Source of the DNA: Catajapyx aquilonaris
Lineage: Eukaryota
DNA: 43,737 nucleotides
Assembly (NCBI GenBank): GCA_000934665.2
Contig: KZ538862.1
Coordinates: forward strand, 1 to 43,737
Direction of reading: 5' to 3'
Shown here: piece after piece, positions 30,701 through 43,737 of the stretch
Numbering within the stretch: the first letter of the stretch is position 1
How the letters are laid out: the number at the start of each line of letters is the position of its first letter
Notes under the pieces: generated by a model
Databases searched by the model: none
What the model was told of the DNA's origin: nothing
The model's input: only the letters and a program-made list of their open reading frames with translations
Program-made: the position numbers and the translations under genes

Positions 30701-33162
30701 ATAAATTAATAAGCTATTTCCTTACAGTCTACCGGTAATTACAAGCTGGCCTAATTGCACTGCCAGGTTTACGATGAGGAACTCTCTCGGCATCGGTACT
30801 CCTATCACGATCCTCAGACGCCCTTTCTTATGGTTATTGAATGTCAGAGAAGGGTCGCGACCTCTTACCTTCTTTTTTTTCTGCACACTCTTTAGTTGTT
30901 GCTCCAGCCACTTTCTGCATGGTTTGCAATGTACGAAAAGATTGCTTATCTGAAAGAAAATACAGTCGGAAATCGAAGCGAGTCATCATCAGTTGGAAAA
31001 TGACTTCCTCGACGGATAATATAAAAAAGGCATAAAATAATATTTCAAAAATGATGGCCTTATCTTGGTCCCCGGCTATAGACAACAAGCGCGAACTTCT
31101 TACGTGATAATCCTAATTTATGCCATATCTCATGCAAATCTGTGCTTTCCAGCTCCGTGAGAGAATTTTACACGCCATTCACGGTGTAGAAGTAGAGGCT
31201 TTCCAGTGTTTGCTCGAGTTCCCTTTTCTCACCAACACACTTTTTTTTGCAGACTGTTTCAGACGTATTTTTTAATACATATTCGAGCCCATGAAAACCT
31301 AGGTGGTGATTATCTTTCCAGATTTTTTAAAGGAAAAAAAATGCCTTTACATTATATGTCAGTTTTGATTGACACGTGAATGCTACCATTATAGATCTTT
31401 TGTCTTAGATCAAGGTCATATTGTCATGCAGGCTTTGTCACAATTTCACCTACTTTGACTTCAATTAAAGCCATTAATCCCTTCCCTTTCTCCCCACATC
31501 ATGCGGAACAACCTACACGGTAGGAACCACAATGAATTGATTGTTTTTGAATTGTGAAAAGATCTGCGTAATAACACTCATTAGCCTAAGAACTGACCTA
31601 TTTTTTTCGTTCACGTCACCGCCTCCTGGAGCAATTTTTTTTACAAAAAAAAATATTGTGAAAAATATGGCCGCGGTTGCTAATGTGACGCTATCTGTCT
31701 GAGTTGTTATCCGCTAATTGCTCCTGAAAGTATTAGGCATGTGGGGGAGCTTACTGGAATGTAACGTTTTAATGAGTTAATTCCTCCGACCTTGTCATCA
31801 TCCACCTTTCTTATAACCACATATCGAAAGGATCTAGCTGCAATTACGACATTGGCAGCATGACGGTTGCAAACTCCAAAACCTGCCAGGGGATGATAAT
31901 TTCAGGATATTTTTTTTCGAGCTTTAAAAAAATGTTCCCCCAAGATGGCGTCGGACATGATAAGCACGAAATATGTCTGCCCCCATTTTGGACATAGCTT
32001 AATAAAAATTGAGCACGGAGACGTTACTTTGTACAAAAAATAGCAGCTCTTTTTCCCTTTTTCTTCAGGATTTTGGCGTACATTCAAAGCGTCAAGCTAA
32101 CTTTATTAGCTTCCGTCTACGTGAGCCTGCAGCCTCAGTATGGAGAAGGAAAAAAAAAGAGTTTTTCCACCCCACACCCGGCTCCTTCATCTTTTGTGTG
32201 AGTTATCATGCGCGGGCGACCGGTACCCTTGGGTAATAAATTACTAGATCTGTTAGGCAGACAATGCCCAGTTAATTGCATCACCATCTTACCAACTGCG
32301 CGGTAATTAACCACCTTTTATACTTTTTAATTACTTCATTTTCACACGAGACAGGAGAAAAGTTTATCTGACGTCCTCAACAACGGGCGATAAAATAAAT
32401 TTGTTGGCCAGCATGGCCGTACGGGGACGACTCTAATGGTTTGGGGATTGAGAATTTTTTGGCACACTCTGCTCATTTTTTGGACGAAATTATGCACGAT
32501 GGGAAGGCCGTCCCGTTAATTTATTCCACACGCAATTGTGTATACAATCGGCGAATTGTTGGACTTGTGAGAACCCGCAACAATGCCACACGCGATTTAT
32601 ATATAGTCTACACTGTGTGTGATGAATCACACGATTGATTCCGGCAGATAATTGTCACCATCAGCCATGTCCACTGGCGGGTTTTTGGGTGTTCCGCAGC
32701 ACCGGTACGGCACGTGTACAGCTATGCCAGACATCCGATGCCCTAGTCTATTTCCATCCACTAATTGTCTACCTGAAACTGGTTCGATCCAAGTCGAAGG
32801 GGAAATCCGGAATTTTACAAAAATATTATGGCCGCATGTTTGAGAAAAGTGTCACAGTGTGCGTGTACTTAGTAGTATAAATTACTTTGCATGCGTATAT
32901 ATGAAAGCAAACTATTCTGTGAGTCAACCGGGCCAAGCTTTGCGTCTATGCGGCTGCTGGTCCTAACGAGGGTTTGGCCGTCACTCATTTTTCCTTTCCG
33001 GGTATAGCAGCATCGCGCCAAATAATTATCTCCCCCACTCGGCACAATTACGCGTGAAAGCCATGCAGACCTATCGCCATAATAACGTTAGAGTAGGGCG
33101 ATAGAACCAGAGGGGGGGTTGTATTTCTAGGGGGAGGGGGGTGTGCGAGGGAGGGAAGGGGG

Positions 33163-33367
33163 NNNNNNNNNNNNNNNNNNNNNNNNNNNNNNNNNNNNNN
33201 NNNNNNNNNNNNNNNNNNNNNNNNNNNNNNNNNNNNNNNNNNNNNNNNNNNNNNNNNNNNNNNNNNNNNNNNNNNNNNNNNNNNNNNNNNNNNNNNNNNN
33301 NNNNNNNNNNNNNNNNNNNNNNNNNNNNNNNNNNNNNNNNNNNNNNNNNNNNNNNNNNNNNNNNNNN
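33163..33367. other. Assembly gap (205 N)
   Basis: Run of N flanked by a G-rich tract on the left and a poly-C tract on the right. Confidence 1.
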
Positions 33368-33531
33368 CCCCCCCCCCCCCCCGGAGTCCCCCTCCCTTCC
33401 CCCTGTTATATAAACGTCCAATCAAAGCTCGAGTCCGGTACTGGTCTCGTGACGGGGATCGGTGTTGGCCATAGGCCGCCTGCGTTAATCTGTGTTGTTG
33501 TTGTCGGGGGGGCTGTTTGGAGCATATTACA

Positions 33532-34408
33532 CAGGGTGGTCCAGTAAGGAAGTAACGCAGCCACGTCCTAATATTTACTTATCAAAACAAATAGGGATGG
33601 CCTAAATATTGCGATCTCGATGGTTAAGCCTAAGTGGTTAGGTTTCAAAATAGCATTTCTTTTGTACTGCACTGTACCCACCGATCTGATTGGTGGAGCA
33701 GAGGCCCCCCAACCCTATGCTCCACCAATCAGATTCGCTTAGGGCGGTGTGGGATGGAAGGGGGAGGTTGCCTGAAGCCTTTATCCTTTTTTTAAAAGAA
33801 GTTATGCTGTGGGCACAGTACAATCTGCATGTTTACAATTATCTGAAATATTGTAACATGGACGAGCGTGACTGCTTCCATTTGCACGCAATAGTTGCTC
33901 AAGATGGTCTTTTAGTGGGCAAGATTAACAACGATTTGCTGTTCGCTCTTCACACCAAGATGGCGGGTGTCCATAAATGTACAGTACGTCTAAGTATTAC
34001 TTTCTCAATATGAAATTTCGACTATTAAAAACGTCCACAGGCTTCAGTAATGACCGCACAAGATGACAAAAAAATTGATGAAATGGGAGGGTAAAAAATA
34101 ACCTTCTGAGGCACATCGGTGGTTAATTCAATAGTAAATGAATTTACTTCAAATGCTGGTGCTTAGTTCACTCCTATCTGTAAATAAATAAATACGCAAG
34201 CAGATTAATAATAGTCACTCATTACTAATTCAGACGTACCGGTATACTATAGAGATCAACAGATTAGTATTTTCTGACCAATCAGGAGGGAGAGCATAGC
34301 AGTTACTTGGAACAGCATGCTATACTGCTAGCTTAATATTTTTCCGAGTATTTCTCTCTTATTAAATAATTTCTGTAATGAGTGCTGCTTTCATGTTGGA
34401 CCACCCTG
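33532..34408. mobile_element. Non-autonomous Tc1/mariner-type element (877 bp)
   Basis: Perfect terminal IR CAGGGTGGTCCA (33532..33543) / TGGACCACCCTG (34397..34408). The next 15 bp match 8/15, with mostly transition mismatches. Right flank is TA, left flank CA (possibly mutated TA). No transposase ORF recognisable. Confidence 0.6.
33684..33734. repeat. 17-bp perfect inverted repeat carrying two opposed CCAAT boxes
   Basis: ATCTGATTGGTGGAGCA-(17 nt)-TGCTCCACCAATCAGAT. Confidence 0.9.
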
Positions 34409-37400
34409 TAGTCAGGGTGGGGGAGGGGTTGGGGGGTGGTATAGGGCACTTTTCGTCAACCGCCGTGGATATTATACGAGGGGCTTAGATGCATGCCTGA
34501 TTGGGGGCTGCTGCTGCTGTTTATGTTAGGGAGGGATGCTGCTGGGGGATGTGGGGTGGGGGTGAAAACAAGGGGATGCGAAGTTGCTCAACCGCTAATC
34601 TGCATTTACAGGCTTAATGCGTCCCTTTAATGTAGGATAATAGGAGGGATAGGGCCGTGCTAGATTGGAGTAATTTCATTAAAACCCTCAACTAGGATTT
34701 ATTAGGCTTGTCGCCTATACACATACAAGCTCCCAAACCTGGTGTCGGCGGGTTTTCTAACAATGATGTCGCGTAACAGGGGTCGGTTTGGAATGCGATT
34801 CATCCAGTACATTATGGCATGCTGATATTGGCTTAGCGGGCTGCCGATAAGGGAAGCAAAGCAAGGAGCTAAATTCACTGCTATAGAGGTGCTTTGACTG
34901 TTCCTATGAGACGCCAAACGCTCCTGCGCGACTGGTCCTTTGGCAGGTCGTATACTGTAACTTATAGGACGACATGTCAGGCAGCAAGTCAGTTACTTAA
35001 ACCGTAACACATCACTGTACCAACAAACGGAGTGTGTAGCAGTTGAATTAGTGGAAAAATTGAGCATCTTCTGTCCCTTATGCAACTGCTTTTGAGCGGA
35101 AGAGGCGTAATAGCAACGTAATGAACACTATAGGATACGTATTAATTGGGACGGTGTTGATACAATGTGTCGTTTTTGACATCCTCTGCCGCTAATTTGC
35201 GATTCGCCGTCATTTCGCAAATGACATCCTGCTCATGTCATCACAATGAAAAGGGATGTGGCCATTTCGAAGAACCAGGAATATATATAGTATTAATAAA
35301 GTGCAACAATAAATTAATCAGTCGCGGTATTCCTCTTCCTCTCTGTAATTAAACTTCCGGACAGGAAATAGGTGCTCAATTACACGCTGTTACGAATTTT
35401 TAATTCCTCATATACATTGCTACTGTGCTGCGCAACTGGACGATTAATGAGCCACTAGATTCTGAAACCCCGATATAAATATTTATACTCTCACGATCAA
35501 ACGTTATAATTTGTTATGCACTAGTATGCTTGATTATGTCTATTTTGTAATTTTCGTATATTAAGTTAGTTTCTTCATGACCTCAAATTTATAAAAAAAA
35601 TAATAGCAGAGTCCCTGGAAGGGTTCACTGTATCGCCTTACACACTTTTCACATTATTTTCTGGTGCTTATGCATCATGTCAATGTTAACAGGCAGCATA
35701 AATAAGTCCAATTTGATTTTTGTCAACCGAGAGAGTGGCATATCAAGAGGGACTTGGCCACAAAAAATATATATATATATACTAAGACAACCGTCCTAAT
35801 TAAGCATACGCTAATGAAGAAGAAATAGAATATCTTCATTAGAAAGGCTCCGTTCGTGGAGACTGGTTGCAGACAATGCAGGCGGTCAAATTAATCGGGC
35901 CAGAACATCCCCAACCTGTCTCTTCTTTGTGGCGGGGAGAGACTCGTTAAGTTTATCAGTACCACCCAAGCAGTTTGAGTCTGCTCAAAAACTCTCTGGA
36001 CCCTTTTTTCACTCCCACCCCCTTCCCCTTCCCTTTCCCCCCCTCCGATTTCGTATTCTCTTCGGGGGCGCCACCATCTTTGGAGACCACGTTTCATATT
36101 TAATTATTTGGATGGAGCTAATGAAGACCGGCACTAAATTTATTTGGAATTGATCGTCAGACAGGAGAGAAAGGCGAATAAGAAGAAAAAAATATGAAGA
36201 GATTGTGGGGTGGGCCAAACCGCCCTCGTTCTGACTGCTAATAACTTTGTCAATGGTCGATCGAAGAGCCGCCTATAAATCAAGGCTTATGGCTCCAGAT
36301 AGGGTGGAACCTTCAAGAATCAATAATTTCCTAATAGGCGGGCTTTATGGGAGGTGGCAGGCAATTTTCGCGTTAGGCTCTCTCACAGGAGGTCCAAAAA
36401 AATAATGAAAAAAAGTGGGGGAAGAAAAGAGAGTATAGAAGGCAGAGGTCTATCGAAACCTCTTTTTTTAAAGGAGAAAAAATAGGGTTCCCTAAGGACT
36501 CGTTGAGGCTCGATTGCTGGGCCTGATTCTCTGGATGTGTTTCGCTGCTGCTTTCTCAATTAGGCCTGGATGGATTGGTGTTAAGTTGGGCCCATGTTGC
36601 TACACCGCTCCAAAAGCCGCCATCTTTAAGTTGGCTGAATATAAATTACATTTTAAACAATGTGAAAATCGGTGATTAATACTGTTGGAACTGTAGCTAA
36701 TAATTAGTATCAATTATATCGGGTGTTAAGTTGCGTACATGTTGTTTCTCGGCCATCTTGGAAGCATCCTTGAGGCTTCGTTGATTACATAGTGTAAATT
36801 CGCCTTCCAGTGCGAGCATTTTCAATCTTGTTCTCATTTGCGTGTAATTGTGACATGCGAGCCCCGTTCCGCTAGGCCCTAATTAGCAGCCAACTTCACC
36901 TACACCAGCTCGTTTGCATACATTATGCTTTACATCCTGGAAGGTCATAATACCGCGGGCTTATTTGGCCGGATTATATAATGGCAGGTTAGGGCGGAAT
37001 AATATGAATCAAGCAGTGGGCATTGTTCCTTTGCGTCACCTAGACAAAAAGAGGGTCGGTGGTGGTGGTTGGGGGGGGGGGGAGTTACGCCATCTGGATA
37101 GAAAACAAGGAGGGAGAAAAATAATGAGAGCTGGCGTCCTAATTACAAACTTGTTCTGAAATTATTGCAGCAATTTGCTGATGAAATGACAGCCACCTCT
37201 TCTTTTCATGAAACGCACCTTGTATGTACGTATATGACATGCGCTCATCATTTTCTACCGGACCATATCATTTATCTTTACAGCCAAATTTAAAAAAAAT
37301 ACTGGCGGCCAATCATAACTTCTTAGATTTGTTTACAGGTCGATATTTTGGACTTTAATGAGTCGACTGAAAAAAAGGAGGTCCATCGGCTGGTTATTCC

Positions 37401-40400
37401 ATTTGCATTCAATTCTCTAAACCCGATTCCATTTCTTCTGAGAGAAAAAAAAAGCCATTTTGCCTTCGAGACTGGAGGCGACCGAGTGTGAGGCCCAAGA
37501 AAAGGCGAAAAAAAGTTCATCCAAACCGGCGAATGGTAGGCGATGAATCGTCCCCCCCGAAAACACTTTTTTTTAAGCCCCCCCCCCCCCTTTAGCGCCC
37601 CCTGTGTGTTGCACCGTAACCCATTCCACGCCGGGGGTTTTATTATTTCAATCAAAGCCTCCTCGTTTACCTACCATATTTTAATGAAATTCGAGTTTAT
37701 ATACCGGTCGGGCAATAAAAGTCGGGCGTCGCGATTTCATTATTTCGCTAATAAAGGTGATGTATGATAAAGGGAGTCGTTCCAGGCCGGCGGGCGGGAG
37801 CTCATTTGATTACCCTGCGAGCGTTGGGGACCGCCCAACGATACCGATCTACGCCTGCAGATAAGTCACCTCCCAGGCCCCTCCCCAGGTTAAACAGGAA
37901 GCTGTCGAAAATTTAGAAGTGTTCATTTTGCACATTGAAACATTGAAATGCAAATACCGGGCCATTTGATTTGCATGGGAATATCTTTAAGTATCTGGTA
38001 CGGGTGATTGAGCGCGGGAAATTGCCACCCTTGATGTCAAATGAAGTAGAGTCCCAAACGGCACTTTTTCCACACTTTTTTTCCACAGCACTTTATCGTC
38101 CGTAATAGGACTTTCAGAACCCATCATTCCTTTCCGGAAGTTATTGGATCTAGCACGTCAAGGGACGGTGGAAGTTTGGGGGGGAGGGGGCACAAGAAGA
38201 GAAGAAGAAGGAGGGGGGGAGGGGGAGATAAGGCAAGGGGGGGAGGGGGCGAGACTGTTCAAAAAATGATTCTCTTTTCTTTTCCCCGCAGAATGTATGA
38301 GATTGAGTCACCCCCACTTTCACCAGAAAATGAAACAGGCCTGCAGACATGCATGCCAAAAGAGCGCCACCTTGCAACTCTCGTTTCCATCTTTCTTTTT
38401 TTTCCGAATGTGTGGAGGGGGAGAGAAAGAGAGAGAGAGAAAAAAATAGTCAACTAGGATTGGACTACTCTGGAATTGAGCTGGCGCCGGCGCCACTAGG
38501 GGGAATCAGCAGGGAAAAGGAAAAATAGGCGCCATCGCACTTTTCACGACAAAGTCGCAAACAGGAGGATAGGGAACAAAGTCATGTGCCGTTCGTATAA
38601 ATTTAAAGTCATGGCTGAATGCAGGGTGGCACAATAGCTTATCAACAATTTGGACTGCTCTCAGCAGGACCGATTTCATTATTAAATTGTGTGGACAAAA
38701 CTTTGTTTTTTTAGAGTGATATAGATCTTTCAAATTTCTGCACATCATGTAACGAAACGTTCAGACAATTCAGGACGTTACACAACAGTTGCCATGTGGA
38801 AATTGGCAAATTTCTGATGAACATATAGTTTTATTAAATGTAGCTCACTATCGTGCCTCTTTTATACAGACTCGTTCTCGTTGAAAGCAGGTTCATCAAC
38901 AGATTCGTAGTTTGTAAATTAATATAATTATGCCAAATATTGTAGCATGATAATTATTGTATGGGGGTCATCATTTGGTATCACGTGTTGCAATGCATGC
39001 ATGTGTTTAATCAGTAAATGAGACAATATTAAAGGCAATATAAAAGCAGAACAATCCCGTGGCATAAATGCCGACGTCTGTAAATACACCAGTTGGTAAT
39101 TATTTAGCAGTACAGCACAGCACACATGTATATTGCGCAAATATATTATAATAATTGTGGCACTCGTGTTGTATGATATTTTCAAAGCCGATGTACAGTG
39201 TATAAAGAAACAAGTATGAAAACTTCCACTTATTCAGAATTGAGATAACACTTGCCACTAACAACCGCTACATCATGAAAAATGAAAATTTTACAGCAAG
39301 GCGGAACAACTTTTAAAATGTTTGACGACGTGCTACAAAAATTAAGACGTAAGTCTTACTTCGTATTAAACCGCCATCTCCTCAACGATCATTACAATAA
39401 TTCTTGGTTCCACTCACGAAACACAACAAAATAGTTAAAACCTCACGAAAGGCTGTTAAATTAATTTGTGCTCATGGGCCCACTGATTAGGCCAGAAAGT
39501 TTAATGATACACCTCATGATATATGAATAGCACTAGAAAAATTATGAATATGCAATTTGTTAACGATGCACCTTGGTTGAAAGGCATGCACATAACTCGT
39601 CTACTCTGATTGCAAGTTTCGCATGCCGCCCGAAGGAATTAACGAGCAGCGAAGGTGGGTGGGGTGGAGGGGGTGAAGAAAAGAGGTAAAACAAGACCCA
39701 TAATCCCAACTCGTACTTTGTATTTCGCAGGAATAACGACCATTCTATTCCACGCCAATGGGCTCGTAAAGAACCAGTAATTAAGTCCTATACACATAAC
39801 ACTGAATTACCGTTGTTTTTTTTTGGAGCTGAGCGTGAAGGACTGAGAAAGTCATCTTTGAAGCAGATATTATCTGAGTTGAAGTCTTAGACCGGAGAGA
39901 ACATGCGAGTCAAAGCTACCGGAAAATTTCAATGGCAGGTCGTACTAATCGCACTGGCCATGTTTTTTGTTGTTGTTGTTTTAATTTTTTTTGTTGCTGC
40001 TGGTCCCATACCTATGGCGTCCCATCCACGTCGGAATGTCCTCTCTTTCTCTTCGTTTTCTCCAGAAAAAACCGCGACCTATCTGTGTGTTGAAGACTCG
40101 TGTCTCCAGCCCCAGGCCTCCGGATGCTAAAGGAGTGTGTTTGAAATGGAAGCAACAGGGGTCTGACTGTGAGAGGAGGGGACCATGCTGCCAAATTTTT
40201 GGAGATGGACCGCTGGGAAGAGTACTTCTAAAATGGGCCAACTATGCCGTTTGGATAATTCTAGTGATTGGCCTGCTGGGTTAATAGTAACCGTTAAATT
40301 TGTTAATTAAAATGAAATCTTAAGGTTACTGTACCTGTTCAAGGTGACTCATAAAAGCAAAAAAAAGCGAGTTTTATCATAAGAATTTATTGTCGACACC

Positions 40401-42715
40401 ATGCTGCCACGGAATTTCTAAGACATTTCTCTCTCTAAAAGACCTCACACGATCAGTGCCACTCTTGCAAGTAGTACACACAACACCTCCGATAATCTGG
40501 ACTCAACCGGTCCTTGTGATCCTCAAAAGCAGGCCACCCCCAATAATTAAACGGGACTCTTCTTTGTAAAGGTTCCGGGTGCCAACCGCAGCAAAGGGAG
40601 TCGCCCCTTGTGTTGTGGTGCAGATATGCGCTAATAAAAGGTGGTGGCGGGTTGTAAGTCCCTCCATCCTTGAAGAGATTTGGCATCGAGGTGTGGCAAA
40701 AGAGAAGAAGCGGAAGGAAACTCCGGGTCTCGAGCAATTAGCTTGGGAGCCAAGTGTTGTCTGGCGCTTGTTTACTGAGAGGCCCCGCGGCTGTAAAAGC
40801 CTTGTCATGTCGGCCCCGAGTAGTATAAGGGGGGGGTCGCTCTAAGTGCAGCACAGGGACAAACCAACCCTGAAAATGCCTCCTCCTAATGTTGCCAGCA
40901 GCCGACTCTTCGGAGTCTCCACCACTGAAGGACAAGCAGTCGAAAAGTCTGGTTCTGACCCTCACAGATTTATGACCTGATTCCTAGCAGATATGCCTGT
41001 CGGTATGTCTACAGAGTACAAGTTACAATTCAATGATTTTTATAATGCAATATCACTTTTACTCAGCATATTACATTAATTGACATACCTGACACCAATA
41101 TTGAGTCATACCAGCTCACTGCGATTGGATTACACGAACGTGCAAAGAGAGGAAAAATTATAAGCCTCGTTGACATATCGTCTAATATATGTGGGAAGTT
41201 TAATTATCTGGTAGCTATCCTGGCATCCTCTTGCGGTACAAGGAAAGATTAATTGGGCTTTCCTCACGTTTGGTACGAAGTAAATCGTGGTCCGTTACTC
41301 CGCAATTTCTGACATTATTCACCATTTTTTTGCGAGCAAAAAAAATCGGAACTTTGGGTCCTTGCCCCTTTCCCATCGCCCCGCAGCTCTTACTTCCCAG
41401 CCAGACCCAAGCATCTCACAGATTAATTATCCCCAGCTAATATCATTGTTGTAACTAGGTGTAGAACAATAGAACGCAACACTTAGAAGCCCATATCTCC
41501 CAATGGCATCCAAGGGTTCGTGCCTGTCTGCTTCTGCAGAGGAAGAAGCGCGCTAAAATCCCACGCAAATTATCCCACGTTTTGGGCAAACGACCTCCTT
41601 CCTTCCTTCCTTCCTCCTGACGCCTTCTTCTTGTACATTTTGCCAACGAGGTAGCCGTCAAAAACTGGGCAGTAATCTGCGAATTAAACTTGACTTTTGA
41701 ACCTGAAGTTCGTTAGTGGGCGGGTAACTGAAATATTTTGAGAGAAATATCCGCTCAACAAGGTGCGACTTTGGAGTACTTGTCTCTCAAGGAAAATATG
41801 AGTAATTGGAATGGTAAATTTTCTAAATAAAATAATAAATAATGGCCTGGATTCAAACCGTTTCTCTCCAGACACACCCTGTGCAACAAAGGTGAAGTGT
41901 AAATGTGAGGTATCAAGTTGAGGTCTGGAGTTGACATTGTCGCAGCTGCGTCGGTCTGGTCCTCTCAAACGGAGAAATGTCATCTTCCAAAAGTAGACAA
42001 ACTTTGGCCCCTCCCTATACACCCCTCAACCCCCGCCACTCTATTAAGACTAAGTGTGTTTTTAGAGGAATACTTTCACCCGTTTCCTCTCATAAATCCG
42101 GATGGAGAAACGAACTCCAGTTGCCCTCGGTTACCACAAAAAAAATGTAAGAAAAAAAACAAGTGGATGAGGAGTAATTTGTAAGTTCCCAAGGACAGTT
42201 TCGCGTTATAATTGAATGAAAGATAAAGATGGTTTGCCTCGCGTTGGGAGGTATATGTGACACATAGTATGTAATCTTTTCCGGATGGATAATGCGCACT
42301 TGGCTGTTTATGTGGGCGAGATCGACTCACGCATCTTCACATGCCAACTTCTGTTTTCCCACGAGCCTTGTCCGCGACTGAAAGAAGTTCATCGGCATAG
42401 TTATAAAATTCCAGGCGAGAAAAAAACGGACGATGACAAATTCGACAATGTGTGTACATACACATAATGGGGGAGACAGGAGATTAGGCTAATTGATAAT
42501 TTTTTATATGCCGGCCAGTTATTATTCCCCCTGTGACATGTCCTGTCAGCGCTTATTATATGACCGGACGGCCAACATTGACAGCAATGATTAATTCGAA
42601 CTAATTATTGGCAAATGAGTTTTGATATAATTGGATTACAATATGTTTCCGAATCAATAACCACCGCTTGTGCTGATCAAGCTAATGTGGTAATTGGCCG
42701 GTAATTAATGCGTGG

Positions 42716-42733
42716 TATATATATATATATATA
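42716..42733. repeat. (TA)n microsatellite
   Basis: About 9 TA units. Confidence 0.85.
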
Positions 42734-43737
42734 TTTTTTGTTTTTTAATTAATGGCCATAGCACGCTGCAAATAACAAACATTTGACTTTCCCATCATCA
42801 TCATCAGTCAGTACAGCTTATGCCCAACCCCTCTTGCTTATGAATATGAACTGCCCTCCGATCCTCCAGTCAACAACCAAACCATATTGACGATCCCCCT
42901 CTTTTTATTATTATTCCACCCCATCAGACGAAATGACATTTCATGTGACCTGTTGACTCGTGGGAACCGATTCCACCCCCCCTTGACCTGCATGGTCACA
43001 CATTTTGCGGTTTACATTGGCTACGAACCAAGCAGGCGACGTCTGGAGAAGGGGGCGGGCATTAATAAATGGATCAATATGGGTCTTGTTCATTCAGAGT
43101 AGGATTTACCCACCCCCTAAATTCAATCCCACATACCCTCGTTTACCCCCCACTTTTTTTTATATCCAGGATGGGGGGCCCCCAGCTCCAGGAGATTACC
43201 GATATGAATAAAACATGACGCTCATAACACCGTTTATCCCAGGCTAATGCCATTATAACTAAAATAGATACGGTGGGGACGATTGATATAATACCGTTTC
43301 CCGCCCGCCCCGTTTAAGTAACGGGCGACAAATTATGCATTCACTTCGCCACAATAGCCCAATAAACGGACTCCAGGGACTCTAATAACCATATTATCAA
43401 ATCAGGGGCTAATGTTGATATCAACGCCAAGAGAGTAATATGAATTCAGGGCCTGATATATTAGTCCATTTCCGTCATGATCTCGCCTTTTGCGATAGTG
43501 AGTCTAGGGGAAAGCGGGGAGGGAGGGAGGCTCAGGCTCAAAGTGGAAGGGGGGAGGGCTATAATATTCTGTCTCAATTATCTGGCGCCGAGGCTTTGCT
43601 GCAGAAATCTGGCCAGAGGAAGAGTAGACAAAGGACTAGTTGGGGAAATCCTGAGCTCTGGCTCGATATGGTTATATCCAAAGCTCCCCAAAACCAGCAG
43701 GATTCTGGCTCCAGGGCCCCAATGCTGCTGCACAAAC

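Noticed and set aside
41700..41882. Possible orphan Tc1/mariner right end (...CAGACACACCCTG); lone CAGGGTG also near 24104
   Set aside because: No partner TIR found by eye and no flanking TA.

Overview
Animal (metazoan) genomic DNA, not prokaryotic. The window holds one well-supported protein-coding gene: a two-exon Msx/msh (Drop) NKL-class homeobox gene on the + strand, join(18337..18784,25967..26457). It encodes about 312 aa with an eh1 motif, a Q50 homeodomain and a phase-1 GT-AG intron of 7182 bp. The residues [17 protein letters not shown] and EKKFREKQ look protostome/arthropod-like, which is an inference only. The remaining ~42 kb is non-coding, as expected for the regulatory landscape of a developmental transcription factor. 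By eye it contains a structurally complete DINE-1/HINE-like (Helentron-derived) element, two Tc1/mariner-type non-autonomous elements, several foldbacks and palindromes (one in the putative Msx 3' UTR), a structured (CCTTA)n satellite, candidate enhancer motif clusters and a 205-N gap. The other ORFs in the track look spurious. I found no convincing evidence for a new multi-gene system. The best leads are the possibly uncatalogued non-autonomous elements and the Msx UTR features. All motif counts are by-eye and not exhaustive.
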